Source of the DNA: Candidatus Latescibacterota bacterium
GTDB lineage: Bacteria > Latescibacterota > UBA2968 > GCA-2709665
DNA: 64,000 bases
Direction of reading: 5' to 3'
Assembly (NCBI GenBank): GCA_965237675.1
Contig: OZ250150.1
Coordinates: forward strand, 1,312,001-1,376,000
Part shown: one piece after another, positions 42,945 through 53,592 of the stretch
Numbering within the stretch: the stretch's first letter is position 1
How the letters are laid out: the number at the start of each line of letters is the position of its first letter
Notes under the pieces: generated by a model
Databases searched by the model: none
Told to the model about the DNA's origin: nothing
The model's input: only the letters and a program-made list of their open reading frames with translations
Program-made: the position numbers and the translations under genes

Positions 42945-43844
42945 GTGGGGCGCACGAATAGCGGATCCGTATCGCGGCTGATTCGCCGGCGCGATACAAA
43001 GAACGGTCCTTGAAGAATCCAATCCGCGAGGAGTCGGTCGATGTTCTGGAATTATCTCAAGGTGGCTTATCGGAATCTGCTGCGGCACTGGCTTTATGCC
43101 ACGATCAACGTGGTGGGATTGGGCATCGCGATTGCGTTCTGTCTGCTCGCGTTCCTGTATGTGCGTCACGAGTGGACCTACGATGCGTTTCACGAAAACG
43201 CGGATCGGATTTACAGGGTCTACACGGAAAACGATCGAGGACGAAGGTCTGCAAGCGCTCCGGCCGCATTGGGGCCGGCGTTGGCGGAGGCGCTTCCGGA
43301 TGTTCGCATCGTGCGAATTGATTTTGATTGGAAATACCGATTCATTCAACACCGAGGTACGAAGATAGCGGAAACGATATACGTTGCAGATCCCGACATA
43401 TTCGAAGTGTTCTCCTTTCCGCTTCTGAAAGGGGACCCGGCAACGGCACTTAAGGATCCGCAGAGTGTCGTCATTACCGAAAACATGGCCGAAAAGCATT
43501 TCCCGGGTGAAGACCCGATTGGGAAAACGCTATCAATCCGGACTGATCGTGACGCGATATCCGGAAGCCTGGATTTAACGGTTACCGGATTAGTTGAGCG
43601 GATTCCCAAGAATTCGAGTATTCAATTCGGATTTCTTTCCAGGCTCGATCTTGTGGGCAATGAACCTCGTAGGAGACGCAGTTTTTTTAAGACCTATTTA
43701 TTGCTGCCAGACGACGTGAGCCCCTCCGAAGTCGAGCGGCGGTTGAAAGATCTTGTGTCGACATGGCCCAAAAGCCCAATATGGGAGAAATTGAAACTGC
43801 AGCCGCTTAGCGACATTCACTTCGATTCCAGGGGCGTCGGACTA

Positions 43845-45066
43845 GTACCCATTGACGGCTAAAGCGCCGCGTAGTCTGGGTACAGCTTTCTCAGTTTGAT
43901 CCGAGCATCGTTGGTCGTGAACCGCCAATGGACAGCCTTGCTTTTGTTGTTGCGATCGTTCGTCCAGGCGGAAATCTGCTCTTTGAGGGATTCAATATCG
44001 GGGATGCGTTCCTTCAAGCATTGGTTGCTCAAGACGCTGAGTTCGATCTCGGCGATGTTGAGCCAGCTCCCGTGTTTGGGCGTGTAGTGGATTTCGAGAC
44101 GCTTGGCCAGACGGCGAGCTTCTTCGGGTGAGAACGCCTTGTAGAGTGCCGCGGGCGTGTGCGTGTTGAGGTTATCACACACCAAGACGACGGTTTCGGC
44201 TTCACGGTAGTGAGTATCAAGGAGATCCTTGATCTCTTGGGCCCAGTCCACCGCGGTCTTGCGTTGTCTTACACGGACCTTGCGCCAGCCCGCCAGCGGT
44301 TCGGTGAACATGAAGTTCACGGCGGTTCCGTTACGTTCATACTCGTAGTCGTAGCGTTCAGGTTTGCCCGGACGTGTTGCGATCACAGTACGCGTCTCCC
44401 TGACCAACTGGACCGGGTGTTCGTCCATATTGACAACGGGCCTCTTGGCGTCGTACGGCCGCTGATAGACGTCCAGGATATCCTCCATCGCGGCGACAAA
44501 CGCGGCGTTTTGCTTGGGCGGAATCACCCAGCACGTTCTCAGGTGAGGCCTAAGTTTGTTTTTTTTAGCGTCCGCTGCACCGTTCGGTATGAGATGCTAT
44601 CGATGATCTCCAGGGCCACGAGTTCATCGGCCAGCAGCTTCAGCGTCCACCGCTTATGTCCCTTTGGAGGTTCACTGCAAGCCAACGCGATCAATCGGGC
44701 TTCCTTAGCACCATCCAGCTTTCTTTCGGTGGGAGGATGGGCTCGCTTCTTTCGCTCAAGGGCCGAATCCAGGCCCTCCAACACAAAACGCTTCCGGATG
44801 CCCTCAACCGTAGACCGATTGCACGAAAAGGCCTCCGCGATCTGCCGATCCAGCCAAGCCGGACCCTCTGCATCGGCCTTGAGAAGTACGTGGGCGTGCC
44901 TTATTCGGTAGGCTTGCGTCTTGCCTTTGCTTACCAGATCCTGCAGCCGCTCCCGTTCTTCGGGCGTCAGACGTACAACGTATTTCTTCGGCATGCCGAT
45001 GGCTCCTTCGTCTTGAGGGGAGACATCAAACTATAGGCACGCGCAGTATTAGAAGTCAACAGGTAC
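43845..45066 (-). mobile_element. IS630-family element (second, distinct type)
   Basis: Imperfect IR GTACCCATTGACGGCTAA versus GTACCTGTTGACTTCTAA; TA duplication within CTAG. Confidence 0.95.
43859..44994 (-). CDS. IS630 transposase in two frames joined by a probable -1 frameshift
   Basis: HTH ORF 44539-44994 and DDE ORF (MDE, DNLNTH, SWLNIAE); A8 run at 44559-44566 gives LKKNKLRPHLRTCWVIPP. Confidence 0.88.
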
Positions 45067-46792
45067 TAGATCCCGCAGGCAATCCCGTGTATTCGTACAT
45101 CCTGGCGTGCATTGCAATGCTTGTGCTGGTTGTAGCCTCGGTCAATTATACAAACCTCTCGGTAGGCAGGTCATTCTCCCGTGCCCGCGAAGTTGGATTG
45201 CGCAAAGTGGCCGGTGGTCTGCGAACCCAATTGGCAACGCAGTTTCTGACAGAATCGGTACTGCTGACATTGATCGCGCTTGGGCTTGGCCTGGCGCTGG
45301 CCGAACTGTTCATGCCGGGCTTCAACAGTCTGACCCGAATGGAGTTTTCAATTTCCGATCTGGTGGATTCCACCGCACCGGTTTTTCTGGTTATCCTGTT
45401 GTTGGTGGTAGGCATCGTTTCGGGCAGTTATCCCGCGCTTATTGCGTCAAGATTTCTGCCGGCTGATGCGCTTAAAGGGCAGATGAGATTGGAACGATTG
45501 GGGCGCGTTAGACGGGTGCTTGTGGTATTCCAGGTTGCCATCTCGATTTTATTGGTTGGGTGCACGACTGTAGTCGGCCGGCAATTGAATCTGATGACGA
45601 CAAAACCGTTAGGTTTTAGTCCGAAGGATGTTTTAATAGTCCATAAAATGGATAAACTGGATGACAAGGGCGTTGCCGGAGCCTATCAGGAGGCAGCCCA
45701 GTCCTACCATGCCGTGTTGAAGACCACAAGAACAGGGCACGCCTTCAGCAACAGGGTCCAGACCTTTGCAGATGTAAGATCAAACGGTACTATCTTGAAC
45801 GACGTCGAGATCCTTGACGGTGATCTGGGCTTGCTGGAAACGCTGGGTGTGCGGCTGAGATCGGGTCGGGGATTCGAGAGAGACGGCGACGCCAAAACAT
45901 CCGTACTCGTTAATGAAGCACTGGTTGAAAAGCTGGGATGGCAAGCGCCTCTGGGAAAGACACTACAGTTAGGCAGCGGTAGCCGGAAATTTACCGTGAT
46001 CGGCGTGGTTCGCGATTTTTACTTTCATTCCGTTCATCGTTCCGTAAAGCCTGCTGTGATGAGCCTCAATCCCAGATCTCGTCGTACAAGAATGCTGATG
46101 GTTCGCATCCGACCGGACGACAGGGCAGGCGCCGTTCGTTTCCTGAAAGAGAAGTGGGAGGAAATGGCGCCCAACGAAGTGTTTTACTCTTCCTTTCTCG
46201 AGGACGACATTGACCGTCAATACCGGGAGGAACGGCGGTGGTTCAAAATCGCGGGCTACGCGACTTTCTTCGCGGTATTCATCGCCTGCCTTGGCGCCTT
46301 CGGGTTGACGTCGCTCACCGTTGCCAGGCGTACCAAAGAAATCGGGATTCGTAAAGTCCTGGGGGCGCCAACAATCGGTATCATCTCCTTGCTGACCCGT
46401 GAATATGTGGTCCTCGTTGGTATAGCCTGCTTGGTTGCGTGGCCCGTGACCTACGTCGCGGCGGATCGCTGGCTTCAGAATTTCCCGTATCGCGTGGATC
46501 CGGGGATAGGTACTTTTCTGCTGGGGGCCTTGCTCACGCTTCTCGTTGTGCTCCTCGCGGTAAGCCTGCAGGTGACCCGGGCAGCCCGGGGGAATCCCGT
46601 GGACGCGTTGCGGTATGAGTAACGGCAGGGCGTGGCGTTTACCGCGTGCCTGCCACGCCAGGAAACGTTGAAGGGATCCCAACGGCCTGATGACTCGCCG
46701 CCCTGTCATTCTGAGCGGAGTCGAAGAATCTCCCGGGCTCTTGCCGCATAAACAGCATCTGGCGCTCGATGAATAGCGAGGGAGGAGAGCAA

Positions 46793-48166
46793 ATGGAGAC
46801 TGAATTTTTCGAACGTATCAAGACCTGCAATGTGGGCGACCCGTTCGCCGCTGCCAATCGAAACCGCGGCGACGCCTTGCTGTCCGTGATCGCTGGCGAA
46901 CGCGCAAGCCAGGGGCCGGGGAATAAGATTGTTGTCTGCTGCGGTAGAACCCACATTGCCTGGCAGGACTCGTACAATCAGAGGTACTTCGCTCGGGTAC
47001 GCACGCTCGATCATGAAACGCGCAGGTGGACCGCCGGTGCCATCCTGGCCGAGGGCGTCGACGAGCATTCTCGTCCCACCCTTGCGGTCGATAGCCAGGG
47101 CTACCTGCACGTGGTCATGGGCGGACACAACTCGCCTCTGCAGTACCAGCGATCGCTGCGGCCGCACGATGCGTCGGCCTGGACCTCCGTCGAGGCCTTT
47201 GGCCGAAACACCTATCCCGTGCTCCTGTGTGGCCCCAACGACACGCTTCACCTCACCGCCCGCGACGGCAGCCACAACGGCATGGAGCTTTGGGAGAGAC
47301 CGTCTGCCGGCCCGTGGCAAAGCCGTGGCCTGATCGTCACCCGGCAGCGGCGTTTCACCGGGTACACCGGCATGAACAACGACGTGGCCTGGGGCCCGGG
47401 CCGGAAGACAATGCACATGAGCATGGCCTTTTTCCTGGGTCGCAAGCCGAATGCGGGGGAGCACTCACGTGACGTATCCGGTCTGTACCAGGCCGTGGGC
47501 TACATGCGCTCCTTCGACTTCGGCCTAACCTGGCAGAAAGACGACGGGACGCCGGTTCCGCTTCCGGCGACGTCGGACACGCTTGACCTGCTAGAGGAGG
47601 GTGAGAGCAACAACCCCAAGCCCGGCATTGAGCACTGCGGCCTGGCCGTCGATTCGAAGGACCGACCCTACGTCGGCTACGTTCGTCACACACCCACGCC
47701 CTGTCGTGCCTTCTTGAAGACGTCCGACGCCGGGAGGTGGCGTGGACTGCCGTTAAGTGAGGCCGTGGCGTCGCACTGGCCCGGTTGGGGGGTACTCGCC
47801 TTCAAGCCGGTAATGACGTCCGATGACGTCCTTTGCGTTCTCGCCCAGCTCGTTGCCCTGGGGCACCCGGATGAGAACTGGGCCCCGGGTATCCATGGCC
47901 TACCCTCCTTCTGGCTGCGCGACCATCCGGAACTCTCACGCGTCGTCTGGCTCGAATCGTCCGATTACGGGGAGACATTCACGCCGCGTGAGGTACTCGC
48001 ATTCGACCCTGAACAAGGTCAGGTTATGCCTTCCTTGGAACGCCCAAACGGCTCCAACCCTATCCCACCAGGCACCCGTCCTTCATTCATCTACATGCTG
48101 GGCGAATCCCGATACGCGGACGAGGGCGAGACCATCGACAACCACCTGTACTGGGTGCGCGTCTGA
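46793..48166 (+). CDS. BNR/Asp-box repeat (sialidase-like propeller) protein
   Basis: DEH..P.LAVDSQGYLHVV.GGH, RSFDFGLTW, SSDYGETF; GGAGGAG RBS. Confidence 0.75.
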   Translation: METEFFERIKTCNVGDPFAAANRNRGDALLSVIAGERASQGPGNKIVVCCGRTHIAWQDSYNQRYFARVRTLDHETRRWTAGAILAEGVDEHSRPTLAVDSQGYLHVVMGGHNSPLQYQRSLRPHDASAWTSVEAFGRNTYPVLLCGPNDTLHLTARDGSHNGMELWERPSAGPWQSRGLIVTRQRRFTGYTGMNNDVAWGPGRKTMHMSMAFFLGRKPNAGEHSRDVSGLYQAVGYMRSFDFGLTWQKDDGTPVPLPATSDTLDLLEEGESNNPKPGIEHCGLAVDSKDRPYVGYVRHTPTPCRAFLKTSDAGRWRGLPLSEAVASHWPGWGVLAFKPVMTSDDVLCVLAQLVALGHPDENWAPGIHGLPSFWLRDHPELSRVVWLESSDYGETFTPREVLAFDPEQGQVMPSLERPNGSNPIPPGTRPSFIYMLGESRYADEGETIDNHLYWVRV

Positions 48167-48352
48167 ATCGATGCGCCTGCAGGGACCGGCACCGAGGACG
48201 ACTTCAAGCCGGGTGGATCGTTCGGTCGCACGTTTCATGCGTCGTCTCGCTCTCGTAAGGCGTCTGAGATAGTCTACGAACCGTTGCTGATTCCGGGAAT
48301 TCTAATTGTCGTCAGACCAGAATTCCAATTGTCGCTAACTGGCTTGATATTT

Positions 48353-48440
48353 GTCATTCCCTGAATGACCAGTCCGGGTTATCTTGGTGCAATCCGAATC
48401 CGGAGATTAAGTAAGCGGTCATTCAGGACCGCTTTTCATT
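48353..48440 (+). promoter_or_regulatory. Riboswitch/attenuator-like leader with terminator and antiterminator
   Basis: AAGCGGTC/GACCGCTT hairpin with T-rich tail; CTGAATGACC can pair with GGTCATTCAG instead. Confidence 0.55.
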
Positions 48441-48452
48441 TGCGGGTAACCA

Positions 48453-49634
48453 ATGTCCGGGAAACGCCAGGAAGAACGATTCCAGACCACCGACGTGATG
48501 ATGCTTTCCGGCGGGCACGCCGTGCATGACACGTACAGCGGATTTCTTGCGCCCCTGTTACCGGTCTTTATTCAGACCCTGTCTTTGACCAAAACCGAGG
48601 CAGGCATGCTGATGGTGGTCAGGCAGGCGCCGTCCGTGTTTCAGCCGATTGTCGGGCTTCGGGCGGACCGCTCGAATCTGCGCGCCCTCGTCATTCTCGG
48701 ACCCGCCGTCACGGGCATCGCGATGAGTCTGCTCGGCGTGGCCGGTGGGTACGCGACTCTCGTAGCCCTCCTGGTAATCGTCGGCTTCAGTTCGGCCGCT
48801 TTTCACGCGGTTGGACCGGCAATGGCCGGAACACTCTCAGGACCGAATCTGGGTCGCGGCATGGGAATCTGGATGTTGTGCGGTGAACTCGGCCGCACGA
48901 TGGGGCCGATTCTGATCGTGAGCGTCATCGGCCTGTGGGGCGTCGCCGGAACAGCCTATCTTCTCCCCGTGGGCATTGTGGCCTCGCTCGTCCTGTTGTT
49001 GCGGATGAGACGCGTTGCGGCTGAGGATATGTCATTCTACAGGGCGCTGCCGTGGCGTTCCGCGCTGAAACGCATGGCGCCGGTTATGGTACCGCTGTCC
49101 GGCATCGTGTTCGTCCGCGCGTTTACAATGGCCTCCCTCACCGCATTTCTGCCCACGTTCCTGAGCGAAGAGGGCGTGAGCCTGTGGCTGGCTGGCGCGT
49201 CGCTTTCCGTACTCGAAGGCGCCGGCATCGCAGGGGCCCTTATCGGCGGATGGGCGAGCGACCGGTTGGGGCGCAAGCAGGTACTTGGCTTCTCCATGAT
49301 TGCAACACCCATCCTGTTGTTTGTTTTTCTCGAGAGCCAGGGCTGGGTCCTGTTTCCCGTCCTGGTCGTCCTGGGCTTTGTCGCGCTCGCGACCGGCCCC
49401 GTGGTTATGGCGATGGTCCAGGAGAGCTGCCCCGAAAACCGGGCATTCGCCAATGGGATCTATATGGGCGGGGGTTTCACGCTTCGGGGAGTGGCGATGT
49501 TGCTGCTGGGTATGATGGGAGACGCCTATGGCCTGCGGCGGGCGTTCGAAGTCAGCGCCGTTTTGATGTTGATCGGCGTCGCGCTGGTATTGAAGATACC
49601 GGAAAGGCGGGGAGACGGGAGACGGGAGACGTAA
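48453..49634 (+). CDS. MFS transporter (Fsr-like)
   Basis: H..HD.Y..FLAPLLP, QP..G..ADR, AAFH, GG.ASDRLGRK; about 12 TM segments. Confidence 0.9.
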   Translation: MSGKRQEERFQTTDVMMLSGGHAVHDTYSGFLAPLLPVFIQTLSLTKTEAGMLMVVRQAPSVFQPIVGLRADRSNLRALVILGPAVTGIAMSLLGVAGGYATLVALLVIVGFSSAAFHAVGPAMAGTLSGPNLGRGMGIWMLCGELGRTMGPILIVSVIGLWGVAGTAYLLPVGIVASLVLLLRMRRVAAEDMSFYRALPWRSALKRMAPVMVPLSGIVFVRAFTMASLTAFLPTFLSEEGVSLWLAGASLSVLEGAGIAGALIGGWASDRLGRKQVLGFSMIATPILLFVFLESQGWVLFPVLVVLGFVALATGPVVMAMVQESCPENRAFANGIYMGGGFTLRGVAMLLLGMMGDAYGLRRAFEVSAVLMLIGVALVLKIPERRGDGRRET

Positions 49635-50160
49635 GAGGTCCACACCCGACCGCCAAACCATTGGCGATATGGACACGTGATATATTTCGGCAGCGTACGC
49701 CTTTGTAGGGGCGACCCATGGGTCGCCCGCCTGTCCTGAAGGCGGTGAGAAGGCAGACGGTAGACGTAAGACGACCACACCCCGCCGCCGAACCAGGTTA
49801 ACGATAGGGCCTGCCGGTATCACGTCACCAATGCCCGCGCCGTAACGTGGGCAAACCTGGTGGGTTGCCCATACGAATACAACGACGGCGCGCAACGCGT
49901 CGATTTCAATATCGCGGATTTTTGTTTTGTAGGGGCGGTTCGCGAACCGCCCGCCTGTCAGCTCAACCGCCGCCTTCCCGCCCGACCTCACCCCAATGTA
50001 GTGTCCGACCGTAACGCGAACTGTTAGTTCGCGGGTTATAGTCACACGCGCGCTACGAATCTTCAGCGGTGAGCGAAACGCGGTGAGAGGGAAGACGGTA
50101 GAAGGGAGACGGTAGAGGGGAGAGGTGAGACGTGAAGGGCGAGATGTCAGAGGCGAGTAA
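49607..50160. repeat. GAGAC-type heptamer runs and GTAG REP-like palindromes
   Basis: GGGAGAC x3 + GTAAGAG overlapping the MFS stop; REPs at 49705 and 49929; heptamer run 50080-50155. Confidence 0.75.
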
Positions 50161-50240
50161 AGACAGGTGTAAAATGGTCCGTTGGGTCGGTACTCAAAAA
50201 GGCCAATTGATAATCCGCGGATAGCAGAATTATTGGCGAA

Positions 50241-50358
50241 GTGTTCGATTTGGGACATTAGTGTATCGTTTTCGAACACTTATTATTGGGTCGAGAGCAC
50301 ACCATGTGTTTTAAATATCTGTTAATTAACAAATTGAAGCATTGGCACGTTACTCGCT
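50241..50358 (+). promoter_or_regulatory. Enhancer (50241-50280) plus sigma54 promoter (50343-50358)
   Basis: TGGCACG-TTAC-TCGCT with the same upstream motif and spacing as at 30601. Confidence 0.8.
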
Positions 50359-50590
50359 AAAGATATGGAGCATGAAGGTGTCCGGCGTCCTTCATCGTCG
50401 CGTCCAGCGCGGTCTCAGGGGAATGCGTGGTTGATGGCGGTGTGTGTGCGCGGGCTCGCCGGTGCATGTAGATTTCACGATCGTACCGTGAACCTGGGCA
50501 TGCGGTGTACTGCCGGAAGTCGAAGCAGTCACGAAGATCGCGAGATCCAGGTCAGACTTCGCGGCTCAAATCAATGGAGGTTGTGACGCA

Positions 50591-50713
50591 ATGCAGCCGA
50601 TTTCCGTTCTGTTCGTGATGTTCAGCGTGTGTTTGACATTTGTTGGCTGCGGGGCGGGCGATTACGTGCAGGAGGAGGTCATCGAGCGTTCAGCAGTCAT
50701 CCAACCTTCTTAA
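50591..50713 (+). CDS. Small 40-aa putative lipoprotein (not in ORF track)
   Basis: GGAGG RBS; MQPISVLFVMFSVCLTFVG-CGAGDYVQEEVIERSAVIQPS. Confidence 0.45.
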   Translation: MQPISVLFVMFSVCLTFVGCGAGDYVQEEVIERSAVIQPS

Positions 50714-51118
50714 TTCAAAAAGCGGGAATTTACATGGATGGACAGGATGGACGGGATAAAGCCCCAAAAGCCGGAAGAATGCTTTCGATCCTGGGCATTA
50801 GCGATAAATCCATCCACCATAACCTGCGCGACAAAACTCAGATGACGCCGGTCCCACGGTGCAGAATCCATCCCATGCACGATGCCGATCTGCAACCCCA
50901 CCCCCCCAACGGCCAGCGCGCCACCATCGCCTGTCGGCCTGTGCCGTTGGCACGGCAGACAGGTCTCTCCCTTGAAAGTCGCATGACGCCAGGGGAAGTC
51001 CACAGCCCCACAAGGCCGCCCGACCTGGGCTTTTAAACAGCATCCAATAGAGCTGATAGTGAACGGCTAAATGCAGTACTGAGGAATTGCAAATCACGAC
51101 CCAGGAGGCACGAGTCCC

Positions 51119-53470
51119 ATGCTCCGAAATTACCTGATCGTGGCGTACCGCAATCTCATGCGGCACAAGGTCTACTCCGTGATCAACGTGGCAGGCCTCT
51201 CAATCGGGATCGCATTCTGCATTCTGACGTTCCTGTACGTCCGGCGCGAGTGGACGTACGACACGTTCCACGAGAACGCGAAACGGATCTACAGGGTCTA
51301 TGTCAATTCCCGTTTCGGGCCGTCAGCTGAAACGCCGGACCCGCTGGGGCCGGCGCTGGTGGAGACGTTTTCGGACGTCCGGACCGTGAGGATTGGCGGG
51401 GGCGCTTCCTTTGCGAAGTATCAGGAAAGGACCCTTCGCGGAAGTTTTCGCTTTGCCGATCCGGCGATTCTGGAGGTGTTCACGTTTCCACTGCTGCAAG
51501 GAGACCCCGCGACGGTTCTGGAGGATCCGTACTCTCTCGTCATCACAGAAGCGGCGGCGCGGAAATACTTCGGAGATGAAGACCCCCTCGGCAAGGTCCT
51601 TTCAGTGAAACTATGGGGGCCACCGGCGGTGGACCGGGATTTCGTCATAACCGGGGTTGCAAAGTCGGTGCCCAAGACCTCCAGCATCCGGTTCGATTTT
51701 GTGGCTCCGTTTTCGGCCAGAGGCGAACCCAGAGGTTGGAATATAAGAGCTATCCGGACGTTCGTATTACTTCCTCAACACGGACGTCCGTCGGAACTCA
51801 GCGCACGGTTTTCGAATTTGTTACCCAAATATCTGCCGGCATGGATGGGAGAACAGTCGGACACCTCTGTGGGCCTCCAGCCACTCCTGGAGATGCATCT
51901 CGGACGGGGAATACCGGGACTCAGGGGAGCAGGCAATCCGGCATTTTCTTATATTCTTCTGGGAATTGCTCTGCTCGTTCTGGTGAATGCCTGCGTGAAC
52001 TTCATAACCCTTGCCGTGGGCCGGTCATTCTCCCGCGACCGCGAAGTGGCGATGCGAAAGGCGGCCGGTGCGTCGCGGACACAGTTGATGGTACAGTTCA
52101 TGGGAGAGTCGATGCTCTTGAGCGTGGTAGCCATGGTGGCCGGGATCGGTTTGGCGGAACTCGTCCTGCCGGCCTTCAACAACCTGGTGGGCAAGGACCT
52201 CGCCCTGGGCGATCAGGCCGACGGCGCGGGTCTGGCGTTTCTGTTCGGACTGGTGGCGGCCGTCGGGATGGCCGCGGGCGGCTATCCGGCCTACGTGCTG
52301 TCGGGGTTTCAGCCGGTTGCGGTGTGGAATCGACAGCGCAGGATGGGAGCCTCCAGCCTGTTTGGACGGGCGCTCGTAGTTTTCCAATTCGCCCTTTCCG
52401 TCTTCCTGGTTGTCAGTACGTTGCTGATGGTCCGGCAACTGGAGTACCTGAGGACGAAACCGCTCGGCTTCGAGAGTGATTACGTCCTGCGCATCCGGGC
52501 GTGGGACCTGTTTGAACGAGATTCAGACCTGCTTGGGGTGTATCGCAACGAGGTGATGCGACACCATTCTATCCTGGGGACCACGACGACGAGTCACGCG
52601 CTGAGCAACAGGACGAGGTACCTTACCGACATCGAGTACAAAGGCGAAGGAATAGACGTCGAGCAAGTCAATGTCGGCTACGACTTTCTGGCGACGATGG
52701 GGGTCTATCTTCTGGAGGGCGCGGATTTTGATCCACAGAGTTCGGGTTCCCGGGCTTCAATTATCGTGAACGAGGCCCTTGTCCGGCATTTGGGATGGCA
52801 AAGTCCGGTCGCGGGCAGGATGCTGCGCATGAATAAACGGGATGTTACGGTGATTGGGGTGGTAAAGGATTTTCATTTTCGCTCTCTGCACCATACGATC
52901 CGGCCGGCGGTGTTGCAGTTCGACCCGAACGGATATGGCGCCGTGCTTGTCAGGGTCCGCCCGGAGAATATCCCCGGCACGCTGGCCTTCCTCGAGGAGA
53001 AGTGGCTTGAAGTCGCTCCCGACATTCCGTTTCAGTTATCATTTCTTGACGACGAAGTGGATGGGCAATACAGGAAGGAGGAGCGCTGGAACCAAATTGT
53101 CATGTATTCTGCGTTGCTCGCGGTCTTCATCGCCTGTCTCGGGGCGTTCGGGCTAACCGCTCTTGCCGTTTCGCGCCGGACCCGGGAGATCGGGATCCGG
53201 AAGGTCCTGGGAGCCCATGGAACCGAAATCGTCTCACTCTTATCCGGGGATTTCGTTAAGCTCGTGGTCATTGCGAGTCTGATTGCCTGGCCGGTGGCGT
53301 ACTATGCGTCGGACCGATGGCTGCAGGACTTCGTGTATCGGATAGAACCGGGCATCGGCACGTTTGTATTGGGCGGGATATTGATGCTGGTGGTTGTGTT
53401 GTTGACCGTGAGTGTCCAGGCCATCCGGGCGGCGTGGGCGAACCCGGCGGACGCGCTGCGGACCGAGTGA
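51119..53470 (+). CDS. ABC permease paralog 6
   Basis: MLRNYLIVAYRNL ... NPADALRTE; AGGAGG RBS. Confidence 0.93.
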   Translation: MLRNYLIVAYRNLMRHKVYSVINVAGLSIGIAFCILTFLYVRREWTYDTFHENAKRIYRVYVNSRFGPSAETPDPLGPALVETFSDVRTVRIGGGASFAKYQERTLRGSFRFADPAILEVFTFPLLQGDPATVLEDPYSLVITEAAARKYFGDEDPLGKVLSVKLWGPPAVDRDFVITGVAKSVPKTSSIRFDFVAPFSARGEPRGWNIRAIRTFVLLPQHGRPSELSARFSNLLPKYLPAWMGEQSDTSVGLQPLLEMHLGRGIPGLRGAGNPAFSYILLGIALLVLVNACVNFITLAVGRSFSRDREVAMRKAAGASRTQLMVQFMGESMLLSVVAMVAGIGLAELVLPAFNNLVGKDLALGDQADGAGLAFLFGLVAAVGMAAGGYPAYVLSGFQPVAVWNRQRRMGASSLFGRALVVFQFALSVFLVVSTLLMVRQLEYLRTKPLGFESDYVLRIRAWDLFERDSDLLGVYRNEVMRHHSILGTTTTSHALSNRTRYLTDIEYKGEGIDVEQVNVGYDFLATMGVYLLEGADFDPQSSGSRASIIVNEALVRHLGWQSPVAGRMLRMNKRDVTVIGVVKDFHFRSLHHTIRPAVLQFDPNGYGAVLVRVRPENIPGTLAFLEEKWLEVAPDIPFQLSFLDDEVDGQYRKEERWNQIVMYSALLAVFIACLGAFGLTALAVSRRTREIGIRKVLGAHGTEIVSLLSGDFVKLVVIASLIAWPVAYYASDRWLQDFVYRIEPGIGTFVLGGILMLVVVLLTVSVQAIRAAWANPADALRTE

Positions 53471-53592
53471 AGAGACTTGGCGTGCCCGTGTATTGAGTCT
53501 GTCACCCTCCCCAGCCTGGTAATCGGGGTTATACCGAGGGGCGCAGGCGGATCTTGCAGTTGGACCCTTGCTTCGTTGCGGGTCGCCGCCAA

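Larger units (their letters stand above)
43041..46622 (+). pseudogene. ABC permease paralog 5, interrupted by IS630
   Basis: Removing the IS and one TA restores FDSRGVGL-DPAGNPVYSYIL in frame. Confidence 0.92.

Noticed and set aside
43859-44994. Transposase as a frameshifted pseudogene
   Set aside because: The A8 slippery site at the usual IS630 junction and intact IRs favour a programmed frameshift
49032-50279. 415-aa minus-strand ORF
   Set aside because: Runs through repeats and antisense to the MFS gene; composition is repeat-derived
50365-51036. ORFs 50365-50586 and 50629-51036 as genes
   Set aside because: No RBS or motifs; the first starts at about the predicted TSS and the second crosses repeat-like sequence
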